Shown here piece by piece: positions 1 through 9,172 of a DNA stretch of 33,836 bases. Numbering within the stretch: position 1 is the first letter of the stretch; every line of letters begins with the position of its first letter. Source of the DNA: a virus (taxonomy: Duplodnaviria > Caudoviricetes); IMG/VR virus record IMGVR_UViG_3300037462_000103, positions 1 to 33,836 of that record. One strand, given 5' to 3'. Under the pieces are notes generated by a model that was not told where the DNA came from, did not search any database, and saw only the letters and a program-made list of their open reading frames with translations. Position numbers and translations under genes: made by a program.

Positions 1-1033
1 TAACGGCCGTGGTGGTGATGCCGTTGTACATCACGTAACGGTCGTACGGGCGGGCCGGGTTGTGCTTCTTCATGCGGTTGCCCTGCATGTAGTAAAGCTG
101 GATCCCGGTCGGCGACATGTCGATGACGTACATGCGCTTGGAGAGGCCAAGGTTGTCGAGCGTCGGGTCGTAGACCATCGGCTTGCCCTTGAACGTCACC
201 GCACCCATGCCGCCGTCGACGCCGGACAGGAAGCCCTTGTCCGAGTACGAACCGTTGGCCCGGATTTCCTTCTGGTAGGCCGCGATGATGTCCGAACCGG
301 CGAAGATCTTCCAGTTCGGGGAGCCCTGCACGCGGCGAGCCAGCTGCAGCCATTCCTTCTCCAGGAACTCGATCAGCGCGCCGCCGTTGGCGGTTGCCGA
401 GGTGATCGCGCCCTGACCGCCGGCACCGCCGAAAGCGGCCGTTGCGGCGCGGTTACGCCACCAGGAGTTTGTCGCACGACCAAGACCGCCGGTCGTACCG
501 ACTGCCGGGTTGTCGAGGATGAAGGCGCGGATACCGGCGAGCGCCTTGGCGTCGCTGGAACCGTCGCCGTGGATGAGGCTGTCCATGGACGCGGCATAGT
601 CTTCACCAAGCATCTGCATCTTGGTGTCGAGGATGCCGGCCAGAACGTGCTCTTCACGGCCGCTCATTTCGCGGGTGTCCTGATCCGCACCGTCTTCAAC
701 GACGTCGATACCGTCGTTCTTCAGTTCGGTGTGGGTCACGACCATGCCGATGTGGTGCTCACGCCACGGATAGCGTGCGCGCTTGACGCCGGTCGGGTTG
801 CCGTAAGCCACCTGATCGTCGCCGGTATAACCCTGGAGGGTGAGACCGCCCTGACCGGACATGACGCCGACAGAGACGTACTCCTTGCCGCCCGGGAAGG
901 TCTTTGCGGATGCGTCGAAAGCCTTCAGCATCGGCTTGTTTTCGACGTTCTGGATTTCAACGCGGCCCTTGCGGATATAGTGCTCGAGGGCCGAGTTGTT
1001 GATGTTGGAAAGTTCTTCGGCTGTGAATGCCAT
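1..1033 (-). CDS. Major capsid protein (3' end runs off the window)
   Basis: Not in the ORF track because the stop is outside the window. Read manually from ATG at 1033: MAFTAEELSNINNSALEHYIRKGRVEIQNVENKPMLKAF..., open to the window edge. Follows portal and scaffold, the canonical capsid position. Confidence 0.85.
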   Translation of the reverse strand, partial: MAFTAEELSNINNSALEHYIRKGRVEIQNVENKPMLKAFDASAKTFPGGKEYVSVGVMSGQGGLTLQGYTGDDQVAYGNPTGVKRARYPWREHHIGMVVTHTELKNDGIDVVEDGADQDTREMSGREEHVLAGILDTKMQMLGEDYAASMDSLIHGDGSSDAKALAGIRAFILDNPAVGTTGGLGRATNSWWRNRAATAAFGGAGGQGAITSATANGGALIEFLEKEWLQLARRVQGSPNWKIFAGSDIIAAYQKEIRANGSYSDKGFLSGVDGGMGAVTFKGKPMVYDPTLDNLGLSKRMYVIDMSPTGIQLYYMQGNRMKKHNPARPYDRYVMYNGITTTAV

Positions 1034-1056
1034 TCTCTTTGACCTTTACTTCGTGG

Positions 1057-2046
1057 TCAGCCGGAGCGCCGGTTGGCGCGTATGATGTCGAGCGTCGACA
1101 TGTTTTCCGGCTGCTGGTTTCCTGCGACGTTGCCACCACGAACAGGCTGGACTGGCTTCCGCGGAGCCGGGGCTGGCGTCGCCCGGGGAAGGCTGTCATT
1201 GACTGCCTTGTAAGCCCGGTTGAGCTGGTCCCGCACGCCTTCCGGCGTGTTCGGACGTCCTTCCTGGTGCTGAAGGAAAAGGATTTCCTTCCGCAGGGCG
1301 GCTTCTTTGCTGCCGAAGTTGGGGTCTTTCGCGATGCGGTCCTGTTGCCAGGCTTCCGCTGCGCCCACGATCGCCTGAACTGCCGCTTCCTGCGTGCGGC
1401 GCTGCTCCTGCTGTTCGCGGAATGACTGCTGTGCTTCGAAGGACTGCGCGCGGGCTTTCGTCCGGCTGAGTTCCATCGCGGCTTCACGGCTCAATTCGCC
1501 GGCAGCGACACGCTGTTGAAGATCCTGTGGCAGAACCTCACCGGCGGCGACCAACACCTGCTGGACCCACGGCTTGATTTGCTCCCAACATTTCGCCGGA
1601 TCCGTCTTGGCGAGCGCGGCGGCAATCAGCACGTCGGCGGCCTCGTCAGGTCCGAGGTTGTTGTTGGTCAGGAACGTCTCAACGTTGCGATACCGACCAG
1701 CGTCCGCTTCGTAGGTCTTGGCCTTGCGAAGAAGTTGCTGGAACCGAGGGTGCTTGTTGAAGGGAACGTCCGAGTAGTCCTCGTCGTCTTCCTTCTTGGC
1801 GCCCTGCTCGTCATCGACCTTGGTTTCGACATTTTCGGCTGGCGAGGCCGGTTCAGAGGGTTCGCGGCTCTCCTTGACCACGTCGCGAACGACGGAAAGC
1901 AGATCCTTGTCCTCATTTTCGCCCGTCGCGGGAGACGAAGCCGCGTCATCGGCTGCCTGCACCTGATCGGCGCTTGCAGTCGTTTCGTCCAGGTCGGACA
2001 CGTTGGACGAGTTCGTGTCCTCGATTTGATCGTCCAGAATGGTCAT
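1057..2046 (-). CDS. Capsid scaffolding protein
   Basis: 329 aa, acidic low-complexity N-terminus, helical Q/E/A-rich body, basic C-terminal tip (DIIRANRRSG). Lies between portal and capsid; AAAGGAG RBS upstream. Confidence 0.7.
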   Translation of the reverse strand: MTILDDQIEDTNSSNVSDLDETTASADQVQAADDAASSPATGENEDKDLLSVVRDVVKESREPSEPASPAENVETKVDDEQGAKKEDDEDYSDVPFNKHPRFQQLLRKAKTYEADAGRYRNVETFLTNNNLGPDEAADVLIAAALAKTDPAKCWEQIKPWVQQVLVAAGEVLPQDLQQRVAAGELSREAAMELSRTKARAQSFEAQQSFREQQEQRRTQEAAVQAIVGAAEAWQQDRIAKDPNFGSKEAALRKEILFLQHQEGRPNTPEGVRDQLNRAYKAVNDSLPRATPAPAPRKPVQPVRGGNVAGNQQPENMSTLDIIRANRRSG

Positions 2047-2114
2047 TTTCGCTCCTTTGCAGCGTTAGAAATACTTCATGTCGGCCATTGTCGCAAGTCA
2101 AACCAGACAACAGC

Positions 2115-4322
2115 CTACATCGCAGACGGCGTCGGGTCGGTCTGGTTCGATCCGAACGCCGGGTCTGAGCCTGCCTGACGGGCAGGTTTCGGCGCGTTAT
2201 TCGCCCCCTGCCCGCCCTGATTGTTGGGATCGTCCTGCGGGCTCGCCGAGGTGATCTGTTGCTGCTGGTTCATGGACGCGATGGACGGCAGGGATGCGGC
2301 GAGCGCTTCCGTGAGGTCCAGACGGTCGTCCATGCGGCGCAGGGTTTCCTTCGCCAGCCAGTTCGGGTTGATGCCCGGGATCTGGAGGATGAGCGGCAGC
2401 AGGCGTTGCATGTTCGCGACTTCGATGGCCTGGTTCGGCTTGCCGGTCGATCCGGCCTCGACTTCCAGGAACACTTCGCTGGCGATGTCGGCGAGCGACA
2501 TGTCGGGCCAGACGGCGCCGGGGCCGACGACTTCGAAGACCTTCTCTTCCGACATTTCGCGCTGCAGGATCTGGCCGGAAGCACGGGCGAGAACCGTCAG
2601 GAAGCTGTCGAGATCGTCGATCGACGAGGCGTCCGAAGCATTGGTCGCGCCGGCCGCGATCGCACTCTCGGTGGCCGTTGCCTTCGCGACGCCGCCATAC
2701 TGCGCCTCCTGGGCGCCGCCGACCAGCTGCATGTCGTTGAAGATTTCGCCGGTATCGTAGAGGTTCGGATCGACGCCCGGGACCGGAACGGTCTGCAGGA
2801 TGTCGCCGATCTTCGACTGCGGGTCCATGTTGAGCGCGGCCATCTGGAAGGGCCGCAGATTGCGCAGGAAGAACTCGTCTTCCTCGTCGAAGGCGCCGTT
2901 CGCATAGACATAGCGCGGCCGGGCCGCGTCGCGGTGTTCGCGCTTGCCTTGGCGGGAGCGATTGTATTCCCGCTGCATGTCCATCAGCAGCGCCACGTCG
3001 GACGGCGGGAAGAGCTCCTTCTCGCTCTCGACGGCGTTGAAGGTCAGCGCATAGACGGGCCAGAAGTCCTCGACAAAGACGTCGGGAGCGGCGGGCTTGC
3101 GCAAGAAGCCGTTGTAGCCATCAGCCACGTAGTAGACGAGGCCGGAAGGCTTGTCGTAGTGCTTCCAGACGCAGACAAGCCCGTCCTTTTTCTTCTCCGG
3201 CGGCGCCCACTCGTAGTCGTCCTCGAGCGCGTCGTCGGGGCCGAAGGTCCGGGTCGAACCGTTCGAAATGTCGTATTTCGCGTAGGCGCCCTTCAGGTCG
3301 ATCCCGAAGATCTCCTTCACCTCGTCGATCGAGTAGTAATATTCGATCGTCAGGTGCCGGGCGCCGATGAAGCCGTCCAGGTACTTCGTCAGCCGATCCG
3401 GAATGACCCGCGTAGACTGCGGAAAGTCGATGATCAGGCCCTCGCGCAGCACGATTTCCGGCTCGTTCTGCAGCTGCTCGATCGAGTGCTGCAGTTCGGC
3501 CATCTCGCCGTCGTCTTCGAGGATTTCGCCCTCGCCGACCTGCTCGGTCAGGTTCCGCAGGTGGTCGAGCCGGGCGCGTGCGTCGGCGAGCTTTTCCTGC
3601 ATCCCGGGGCGCGGCCCCATTTCGCGCTGGAAGCCGAGCTCGACATAGCCGACGCCGGTTGTGCAGGCGCGGCGGACCAGCTGCTTCATGCCGCGCTTGA
3701 AATCGACCGGCTTCTGCTCGCGCAGCGCCTGGGCGAACAGGATCTCCAGCGTCTTGCCGTATTTCGACAGCATCTGCCGGCGCTGGTAGCCCTGCTGGAA
3801 GTCCGCGATCAGTGCCTGGGCCTGTTCGAAGCCGGGCGGCAGCTGCGGTTCGACCGCAGGCGGCATTCCGGTCATCGGATCGGGCGGAACCATCGACTGC
3901 ATGGCGTCGGCCTGTTGCATCGCCATCTGCGCCTGCTGGATGGTCATGAATGCCATTTCGAGCGCGGCGGGGTTCTCGTCCCAGACGGCGAAGTCCAGCG
4001 TCTCGCGGCGGCGCGCGACGGCTTTCGGGTTCTTCGCGTAGAGCGCCGCGGTCTTCATCTTCACATGCCGGCCGACAATGTTGGCGCGGTAGTTGTTCTC
4101 GCCCCAGCTTTCGTCGGCGCCGTGCATCGCAACGTGCATGTCGCGGCGCATCGCCTTGAAGGCTTTCGCGTGGTGCTGCTTGTCCTGGCGGATGCGGCGC
4201 TTGATGTCTTCCGCCAGCTTGCGATCGCGCTCGATCACTTCCGGATTGTCGACGTCCGTCACGCCACCGGCCGGTGCGGTGTCTGGCAGTCCGCTTGTGT
4301 CGTCCGTCAAATCATACATCAA
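2115..4322 (-). CDS. Portal protein (large, podovirus-type)
   Basis: 735 aa directly after TerL with overlapping stop/start; KATATES-type segment and Q/P-rich C-terminus; position in head module. Confidence 0.8.
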   Translation of the reverse strand: MMYDLTDDTSGLPDTAPAGGVTDVDNPEVIERDRKLAEDIKRRIRQDKQHHAKAFKAMRRDMHVAMHGADESWGENNYRANIVGRHVKMKTAALYAKNPKAVARRRETLDFAVWDENPAALEMAFMTIQQAQMAMQQADAMQSMVPPDPMTGMPPAVEPQLPPGFEQAQALIADFQQGYQRRQMLSKYGKTLEILFAQALREQKPVDFKRGMKQLVRRACTTGVGYVELGFQREMGPRPGMQEKLADARARLDHLRNLTEQVGEGEILEDDGEMAELQHSIEQLQNEPEIVLREGLIIDFPQSTRVIPDRLTKYLDGFIGARHLTIEYYYSIDEVKEIFGIDLKGAYAKYDISNGSTRTFGPDDALEDDYEWAPPEKKKDGLVCVWKHYDKPSGLVYYVADGYNGFLRKPAAPDVFVEDFWPVYALTFNAVESEKELFPPSDVALLMDMQREYNRSRQGKREHRDAARPRYVYANGAFDEEDEFFLRNLRPFQMAALNMDPQSKIGDILQTVPVPGVDPNLYDTGEIFNDMQLVGGAQEAQYGGVAKATATESAIAAGATNASDASSIDDLDSFLTVLARASGQILQREMSEEKVFEVVGPGAVWPDMSLADIASEVFLEVEAGSTGKPNQAIEVANMQRLLPLILQIPGINPNWLAKETLRRMDDRLDLTEALAASLPSIASMNQQQQITSASPQDDPNNQGGQGANNAPKPARQAGSDPAFGSNQTDPTPSAM

Positions 4323-5989
4323 AAGCCTCCGGCCTCTCTGATGGCCCTCTGTTCATTCGCCCATCGGTCGGCCAGTTTCACCCAGGCCAAGGATCCAAAT
4401 TCGGGTTTGTCGGCTTTCTTTTTAGCAGAAGAATTGCTTGGTGCGAACTGGCTTTGTAGGCCAAGGCCGATGTAGGCCAAGGCATCGACCGCGTCGTCGT
4501 TGTTGCCGTTCGGGAAGGCCAGCATCTCGTTGATGACCTTTTCGGTCCAGATGGCGGTCTTCGGAAACAGCACCTTGCCCATCGCAACGCGGGCAGCGAT
4601 CGACTGCGCGCGCTGTTCCTTGTCGGTTGCCGGCGTGACTTCCCGTATGTTGATGTAGGTTCCTGTCTCCAGCATCCGCTTGCGCAGGAACGGCCCGATC
4701 GACTTGGAGATGTGGCCGCGTTCCGCCCACCACAGCAGCGGCTTGTGCTGCCCGCCGGCCATTGCCAGCATCGCTTCGACGGCCCTGTCTGCGGGCACCT
4801 TCGAGCGGAAGCAGTCAAGCACGTAGATGTCGTTGTTCCGGTCCACTCCGACTTTCAGCATGACCGTGTAGTCGTTCCGCTGGCCCGTGCCGACCGCGTG
4901 GTCGGACGCGCAATAGATGCGCAGGTCTTCCGGCAGATCCCGGTTCTCGTAGTAGCGGATGTTCTCGCGCTTGAAGAGGATACCGTCCGCGACAGTCGGC
5001 CTCTGCTGGGCGAGCGCTGCGAAGCCGAGCGGGTCACGCCGCTGGTTGGCCCGATGATATTCCTCGTCGTAGCGTTCCGGCCAGAGTGCTGCGCCCGGCT
5101 CGCGGCCGAGCGGGTCGTCCTCTTCGGCAATCGCCGGCAACCGGATGATCATCCAGTTAGCGGCTTCCTCGGCGTTGTAGTGCGGGTTGTCCGGATCGGT
5201 GAGACGGCCGATCGGGTCGTCCGAGTGCCATCGCGTCATCGTCAGCAGCGTCAGGCGCTTGCCCATGCGGCGATAGAAGGCGACCTTGACCAGCCAGTCC
5301 CAAATCTGGTCGCGCATGGTCTGCGAGCGGGCCTCGTTCGCGTCCTTGATCAAGTCGTCGCAGGCGAGCAGATGCGCCCCTCGGCCGTTAATCTGACCGC
5401 CTCGGCCGGCGAAGATCACGCGGCCGCCGCGATCGGTCTGGATGTTGTCCTTGGCGTTGCCGCCCTTGCGCAGCCGGAAGTTCGGAAAGACCTGCTTGAA
5501 CGAGGGCGAGTGCATGATCGCCCGGACGTCGCCACCGAAGTCGGTCGCCAGGTCGTCACCGGCAGCCGCGACGATGATGTCGTGGTCCGGGTTATTGCCC
5601 GAATACTGCGCGACCAAGCGCTTCGTTGCGAGCTCCGTCTTGCCGTGACGAGGCGGCATACAGAAGATCAGCTGGTGGCAAAGACGGCCATCTGCGAACC
5701 GCAATTCGCCCTTGACGAACTGGTCGAGCACCGCGGCGACCTTGCGGTGAAACTTCGCGGCCTCGTAGCGCGAGCGCTCGATGTCGTTCGGGTCTTCCGG
5801 ATCCGGCATGGTGAACTGCGAAAAGGCCAAAAGGCTCGTCCGGGCCTCGAGCGCGCGCTGCGCACGCTTCAGCAGTGCCAGCTGCTTGTTGATCGCGGCT
5901 GCGTCGACCTGCTGGGCCTTCTCGGCGGCTCTTTCCGCCTCCCAAGCGTATCTTTTTCCCGTGAGCGGATTGACGCCACGTTTTACCAT
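4319..5989 (-). CDS. terL: Terminase large subunit
   Basis: Walker A-type MPPRHGKT, GRGAHLLACDDLIKD Walker B, MTRWH coupling motif, C-terminal nuclease with FPNGNNDDAVDA. Confidence 0.95.
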   Translation of the reverse strand: MVKRGVNPLTGKRYAWEAERAAEKAQQVDAAAINKQLALLKRAQRALEARTSLLAFSQFTMPDPEDPNDIERSRYEAAKFHRKVAAVLDQFVKGELRFADGRLCHQLIFCMPPRHGKTELATKRLVAQYSGNNPDHDIIVAAAGDDLATDFGGDVRAIMHSPSFKQVFPNFRLRKGGNAKDNIQTDRGGRVIFAGRGGQINGRGAHLLACDDLIKDANEARSQTMRDQIWDWLVKVAFYRRMGKRLTLLTMTRWHSDDPIGRLTDPDNPHYNAEEAANWMIIRLPAIAEEDDPLGREPGAALWPERYDEEYHRANQRRDPLGFAALAQQRPTVADGILFKRENIRYYENRDLPEDLRIYCASDHAVGTGQRNDYTVMLKVGVDRNNDIYVLDCFRSKVPADRAVEAMLAMAGGQHKPLLWWAERGHISKSIGPFLRKRMLETGTYINIREVTPATDKEQRAQSIAARVAMGKVLFPKTAIWTEKVINEMLAFPNGNNDDAVDALAYIGLGLQSQFAPSNSSAKKKADKPEFGSLAWVKLADRWANEQRAIREAGGF

Positions 5990-5990
5990 C

Positions 5991-6419
5991 TCAGTGCCCC
6001 GTCAGCGCGTTTCGGACGCCTGCGACGAATGCCGTGACGGCGTCGGAGAACTTGATGCCGAGCGTACCGGCGGCCAGTGCGACGGCCACCATGAAACCGC
6101 TGCCCATGGTCCGCATCCGCTTGTAGTCGTCCGTCTGCGGCTTGATCTCGTCGTCGATCAGCGTCTTGAGCGCCATGGCCTGATCGCGCGCCTGGGCGGC
6201 GATCTGGCCGGTGATGACGATCGTGCCTTCCGTGCGTTCCAGCTTCGTGTGCATTTCCTCGCGGAGCTCGTCGATGCGCTCATGGACGCGGGCGCGCTGT
6301 TCGTTGGCCTGCTTCCGGTCCTCGTCGGCCCGTTCGCTCTCACTGAGCAGTTTCCCGAGGGTGCGTTCAATGCCTGCAAGTTGGGCTGAGATCTGATCTG
6401 CTGTCGGCAATTCGGTCAC
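5991..6419 (-). CDS. Coiled-coil protein with C-terminal transmembrane helix, at the end of the lysis cassette
   Basis: 142 aa, heptad-like charged N-terminal part, then hydrophobic GFMVAVALAAGTLGI; translationally coupled to neighbours. Confidence 0.5.
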   Translation of the reverse strand: MTELPTADQISAQLAGIERTLGKLLSESERADEDRKQANEQRARVHERIDELREEMHTKLERTEGTIVITGQIAAQARDQAMALKTLIDDEIKPQTDDYKRMRTMGSGFMVAVALAAGTLGIKFSDAVTAFVAGVRNALTGH

Positions 6420-6613
6420 TTCCAGCAGTTCTGTGCCTGGCCGAATGCGTCGGTCGACACGATCCAGCGGCTCAACTGCTCTTCCTCGACAACGAGACGC
6501 ACGGGGTTATTCGGCTTCGGGGGCTTCGACCACCCCGCGCAGTTGTTCGCAGTCTGGCTGCACCCCGCCAATGCGAAGGCACAGATCATAAGCGCCAAGA
6601 TCACGGGTTTCAT
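6416..6613 (-). CDS. Outer-membrane lipoprotein spanin (Rz1-like)
   Basis: Signal peptide with lipobox ALAG-C, Pro-rich mature part, overlaps the 3' half of the i-spanin gene in another frame. Confidence 0.8.
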   Translation of the reverse strand: MKPVILALMICAFALAGCSQTANNCAGWSKPPKPNNPVRLVVEEEQLSRWIVSTDAFGQAQNCWK

Positions 6614-6770
6614 TGTCGATCCTTCCTCGTTCCTGGTACGCCTCGACGCTGTCCTTCAGCTGCTCGATCCGGCCGTCATACCGGCCCTTCTGGTAGCCGA
6701 CATAGGTCAGCCCGAAAGCGATGACGGCGACGATCCCAGCCTTCCAGGCCAATGCGCTCAGTGTGCCCAT
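6507..6770 (-). CDS. Inner-membrane spanin (Rz-like)
   Basis: N-terminal TM (AGIVAVIAFGLTYVGY), periplasmic helix with Cys; follows holin and overlaps the lipoprotein gene. Confidence 0.75.
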   Translation of the reverse strand: MGTLSALAWKAGIVAVIAFGLTYVGYQKGRYDGRIEQLKDSVEAYQERGRIDNETRDLGAYDLCLRIGGVQPDCEQLRGVVEAPEAE

Positions 6771-6976
6771 CCGCGCCTCTTTGCCAGCGCAAACCAGCCT
6801 TCCGCAGCAGCGGCCATCACAAAGCCGATCAGGACTTCGAGAAGGGCCTGTACGTCAACGTCACTCGCCAGTTCCGGCCCGACATCCGGAGCGAGCAAGC
6901 CCTTGGCGACGAGAAACCCGGCGCCCCAACGCAGCAGAATACGAGCGAAAATCGCGGCGAAGGCAGAAACGGTCAT
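6758..6976 (-). CDS. Putative holin
   Basis: 72 aa from ATG 6976 (ATGA overlap with endolysin stop); two hydrophobic segments and basic C-terminus (LAKRRGWAH). Confidence 0.65.
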   Translation of the reverse strand: MTVSAFAAIFARILLRWGAGFLVAKGLLAPDVGPELASDVDVQALLEVLIGFVMAAAAEGWFALAKRRGWAH

Positions 6977-7644
6977 TTGGCCCTCGTGAAGATGCGGACC
7001 AGCGCGTCGATCAGGGCGGTCCAAGGAGAGGATTTTGCCGCCGGAGCGGGCTTTGCCTCGGAAACAGGCTTCGGCGGCGTCTGGACCGGCTTCTGCGGCG
7101 GAACAGGCACGCTCTGGACGGTTGCGAAGGCCAGAGCTTCCTTGCGGACCCCGTTCACGCGGGACGTCCAGCCCTTGCCGAACGTGTTCCAGGTCGACAG
7201 ACGCTGCAGGAACATCATCCGCTTGTCGCAGAGCCGGCGGATCAGATCCTCGGGCTTGTGCTGGGCTACGGCCTTCAGAGTGAGCGGGCCGATCCGGCCA
7301 TCTGGCGCGACGCCGACGAGATCCTGGAGAAAAATCGCGGCGCGGGAGACGCCGCTGTTCACGGCAAAGTCGAAAACCGCATAATCGAGGCCGGAAGGCA
7401 GTTCGTCGCCGCGCACGGCGTCCCAGTATTTGGCCTTGTAGACGGGCGCGGCGGTCGCTGGCGTGATCAGCCGGACGTCGGCCTTGTCGACGTCTCCGTC
7501 GCGGTCCAGATCGAGCCGGTTGGCCTTTGCCGTGCCGATTGTGATGCCGAGGTTCGTCGCGCCGCCAGGGTCGCGAACGTGGTCCACATACCCGCCTTCG
7601 TGCCTCAAAACTAACGCTAGCGCTCGATCAAAGTTATCCCGCAT
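6973..7644 (-). CDS. Endolysin, glycoside hydrolase family 108 with peptidoglycan-binding domain
   Basis: HEGGYVDHVRDPGGATNLGIT catalytic motif, FDFAVNSG, DGRIGPLTL, FGKGWTSRV. Start taken at ATG 7644. Confidence 0.92.
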   Translation of the reverse strand: MRDNFDRALALVLRHEGGYVDHVRDPGGATNLGITIGTAKANRLDLDRDGDVDKADVRLITPATAAPVYKAKYWDAVRGDELPSGLDYAVFDFAVNSGVSRAAIFLQDLVGVAPDGRIGPLTLKAVAQHKPEDLIRRLCDKRMMFLQRLSTWNTFGKGWTSRVNGVRKEALAFATVQSVPVPPQKPVQTPPKPVSEAKPAPAAKSSPWTALIDALVRIFTRAK

Positions 7645-8212
7645 TATGCACAATCCTGTGGCAGTTGGCGCAAAGGAGCTCGCACTTGAGCACTTCGTTC
7701 ACGATCAGGTCCAAAGACGCGTCGTCAAACAACAGTGAAGGGTGTGCGTCCTTGCCTGAGGGGTCAGTGTGGTGAAAGTCATAAACTGCCTGCGGAAATT
7801 TACCGCCACAGGCTTGGCAGGCCCCGCCGAGAAAATCTATGCACTGCTGTTTTATTACGCTGCGGCGCTTCTTGCGGTAGTGCGATTTGCACAAACCCCA
7901 ACCGCCCTTTCCATCGACTGGCGTGTCGCACTCTCGGCAAATCAGTCGCCTGTTTCGATGTTGAAGCGGCGCGTTTATGTCGCGCCCAGCTTTCACGCGA
8001 AGATAGTGCGCGTTACAGTAACCTAGCGACAGGCGCACGTTCGGGCAGCCATTGACAGAGCAGGGGTCAGCGCCTTCTCGACCCTCTACCGCAACGTACA
8101 ACGCCGAGGACTGGCTTTTGAGGGCAAAACCGATTGCACGGCGAAGTTCCGCCCCTGCATCGACTTCACTCGTTTCGAATATACTCAGCATGTCGGCCAT
8201 CGTCAGTTGCAC
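7634..8212 (-). CDS. HNH endonuclease with N-terminal Cys/His zinc-finger repeats
   Basis: CQACG...YDFHH...CELLCANCHRIVH; CSVNGC...GYCNAHY and GLCKSHY repeats. Start uncertain (8200 or 8191 also possible). Confidence 0.8.
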   Translation of the reverse strand: MQLTMADMLSIFETSEVDAGAELRRAIGFALKSQSSALYVAVEGREGADPCSVNGCPNVRLSLGYCNAHYLRVKAGRDINAPLQHRNRRLICRECDTPVDGKGGWGLCKSHYRKKRRSVIKQQCIDFLGGACQACGGKFPQAVYDFHHTDPSGKDAHPSLLFDDASLDLIVNEVLKCELLCANCHRIVHNAG

Positions 8213-8242
8213 AGTGGCCTACAACCTACAGACTTGTCCGAC

Positions 8243-8281
8243 AAAAAACAAGGGCCGCCGGATCGGGGAAATCCAGCGGCC
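8243..8281 (-). terminator. Intrinsic terminator ending the sRNA
   Basis: GGCCGCTGGAT-TTCCCCG-ATCCGGCGGCC stem-loop followed by CTTGTTTTTT on the minus strand. Confidence 0.8.
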
Positions 8282-8333
8282 AAGGTGGGGTTTCTGGGAG
8301 GAAACTCAGTCCCCGGGAGGAGATGAGGACTGT
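8243..8333 (-). ncRNA. Putative ~90-nt small RNA with anti-Shine-Dalgarno loops (cuckoo/alpha-r14-like)
   Basis: Minus strand reads ACAGUCCUCAUCUCCUCCCGGGGACUG-AGUUUCCUCCCAGAAAC-CCCACCUU-GGCCGCUGGAUUUCCCCGAUCCGGCGGCC-CUUGUUUUUU: three hairpins with CU-rich loops and a U-tail; promoter immediately upstream. Confidence 0.75.
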
Positions 8334-8339
8334 AGGTTG

Positions 8340-8369
8340 ATGTTGGTCTAAGTCTGTCGGGTTGTCAAG
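8340..8369 (-). promoter_or_regulatory. Sigma70-type promoter for the sRNA
   Basis: (C)TTGACA-17 nt-CAACAT on the minus strand; predicted +1 near 8333, at the base of hairpin 1. Confidence 0.65.
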
Positions 8370-8685
8370 CGGTCAAAACGACGGCTACAGCCCACGCGAC
8401 CTTGCAGACGATGTGCAGGATCTGGTCCTGCGCGAAGGTTGTCTTGCCCTTGGTCTTGGCCTCGTCGATCAGCGTGTGCGCGGCCCATTCGAGGAGACCG
8501 AGCCACAGAGAGCCGGTGACGAGCAAAACGCCGCCGCCCTGAATGCCGGCGTGGGCGACCAGATGATAGGCGCGCAGCGGACCGTTCTGCTTCGCCGTCG
8601 CGAGGAAATCGCCCTGCAGCGGGTAGTCGGCCACCCAATGAGCGGCCAGAAGCGTGAACAGCGTCAGGAGAAACAGTTCGATCAC
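8365..8685 (-). CDS. DUF3307-like membrane protein
   Basis: AHWVADYPLQ...AK, LVAHAGI, HTLID..K and DQILH motifs in hydrophobic helices; GTG start with AGAAGG RBS. Confidence 0.8.
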   Translation of the reverse strand: MIELFLLTLFTLLAAHWVADYPLQGDFLATAKQNGPLRAYHLVAHAGIQGGGVLLVTGSLWLGLLEWAAHTLIDEAKTKGKTTFAQDQILHIVCKVAWAVAVVLTA

Positions 8686-8785
8686 AGTGTCGGCCTTCTT
8701 CCGGTGAAAACGCCCGATCAGGCGGTGCGGTCCTGATCGGGCTGGTTGGCTAGAAACTCAAATCCCTTGCCTGTAGCGTTGGCAG

Positions 8786-8814
8786 AGTATGTCGGGAGTT
8801 GGTCGGCTGTCAAG
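8786..8814 (-). promoter_or_regulatory. Sigma70-type promoter upstream of DUF3307
   Basis: CTTGAC-N17-CATACT on the minus strand, close to the rhizobial CTTGAC-N17-CTATAT consensus; leader has a hairpin GCCCGATCAGG...CCTGATCGGGC at about 8711-8743. Confidence 0.6.
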
Positions 8815-9172
8815 CGGGTTGGCCGACGAGGCCCGCTCAGGGGGCGGTGTCGAAACGTGAGGAAATCACCCCAAACACCCTGCAAAATAAGGCTTTTGGG
8901 GCGGTGCTCTGCTTGAAGGAAATCGGGCTTTTCGGCCGGATCGGGCGTTGCGGGCTGTTCGGACAGGGCGTCCAAAAGTAATTTTCGGGCGGATTTTTGT
9001 GCGCGGGGGTGGCACCGCCACCGGGTTGGCAATCGGTCTAACACCCGGGGGCCGGGTCCGGCCTGGCAGGTCGTCGAGCGGCTTTGCGCCGTCGTTAACT
9101 CCCTTCCTCATACAGTCAGAAGCCTTGATTTGCAGGGCTTGCAACGTCAACCTTGCGCACTACTTGCGCACA

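Noticed and set aside
62-6037. Long plus-strand ORFs (62-1042, 2259-4475, 4712-6037)
   Set aside because: Antisense shadows of capsid, portal and terL, expected from GC-rich codon bias; no RBS or motifs.
8718-9150. ORFs 8718-9044 and 8866-9150
   Set aside because: No RBS, Pro/Arg-rich non-protein-like composition, and one overlaps a predicted promoter; treated as non-coding.
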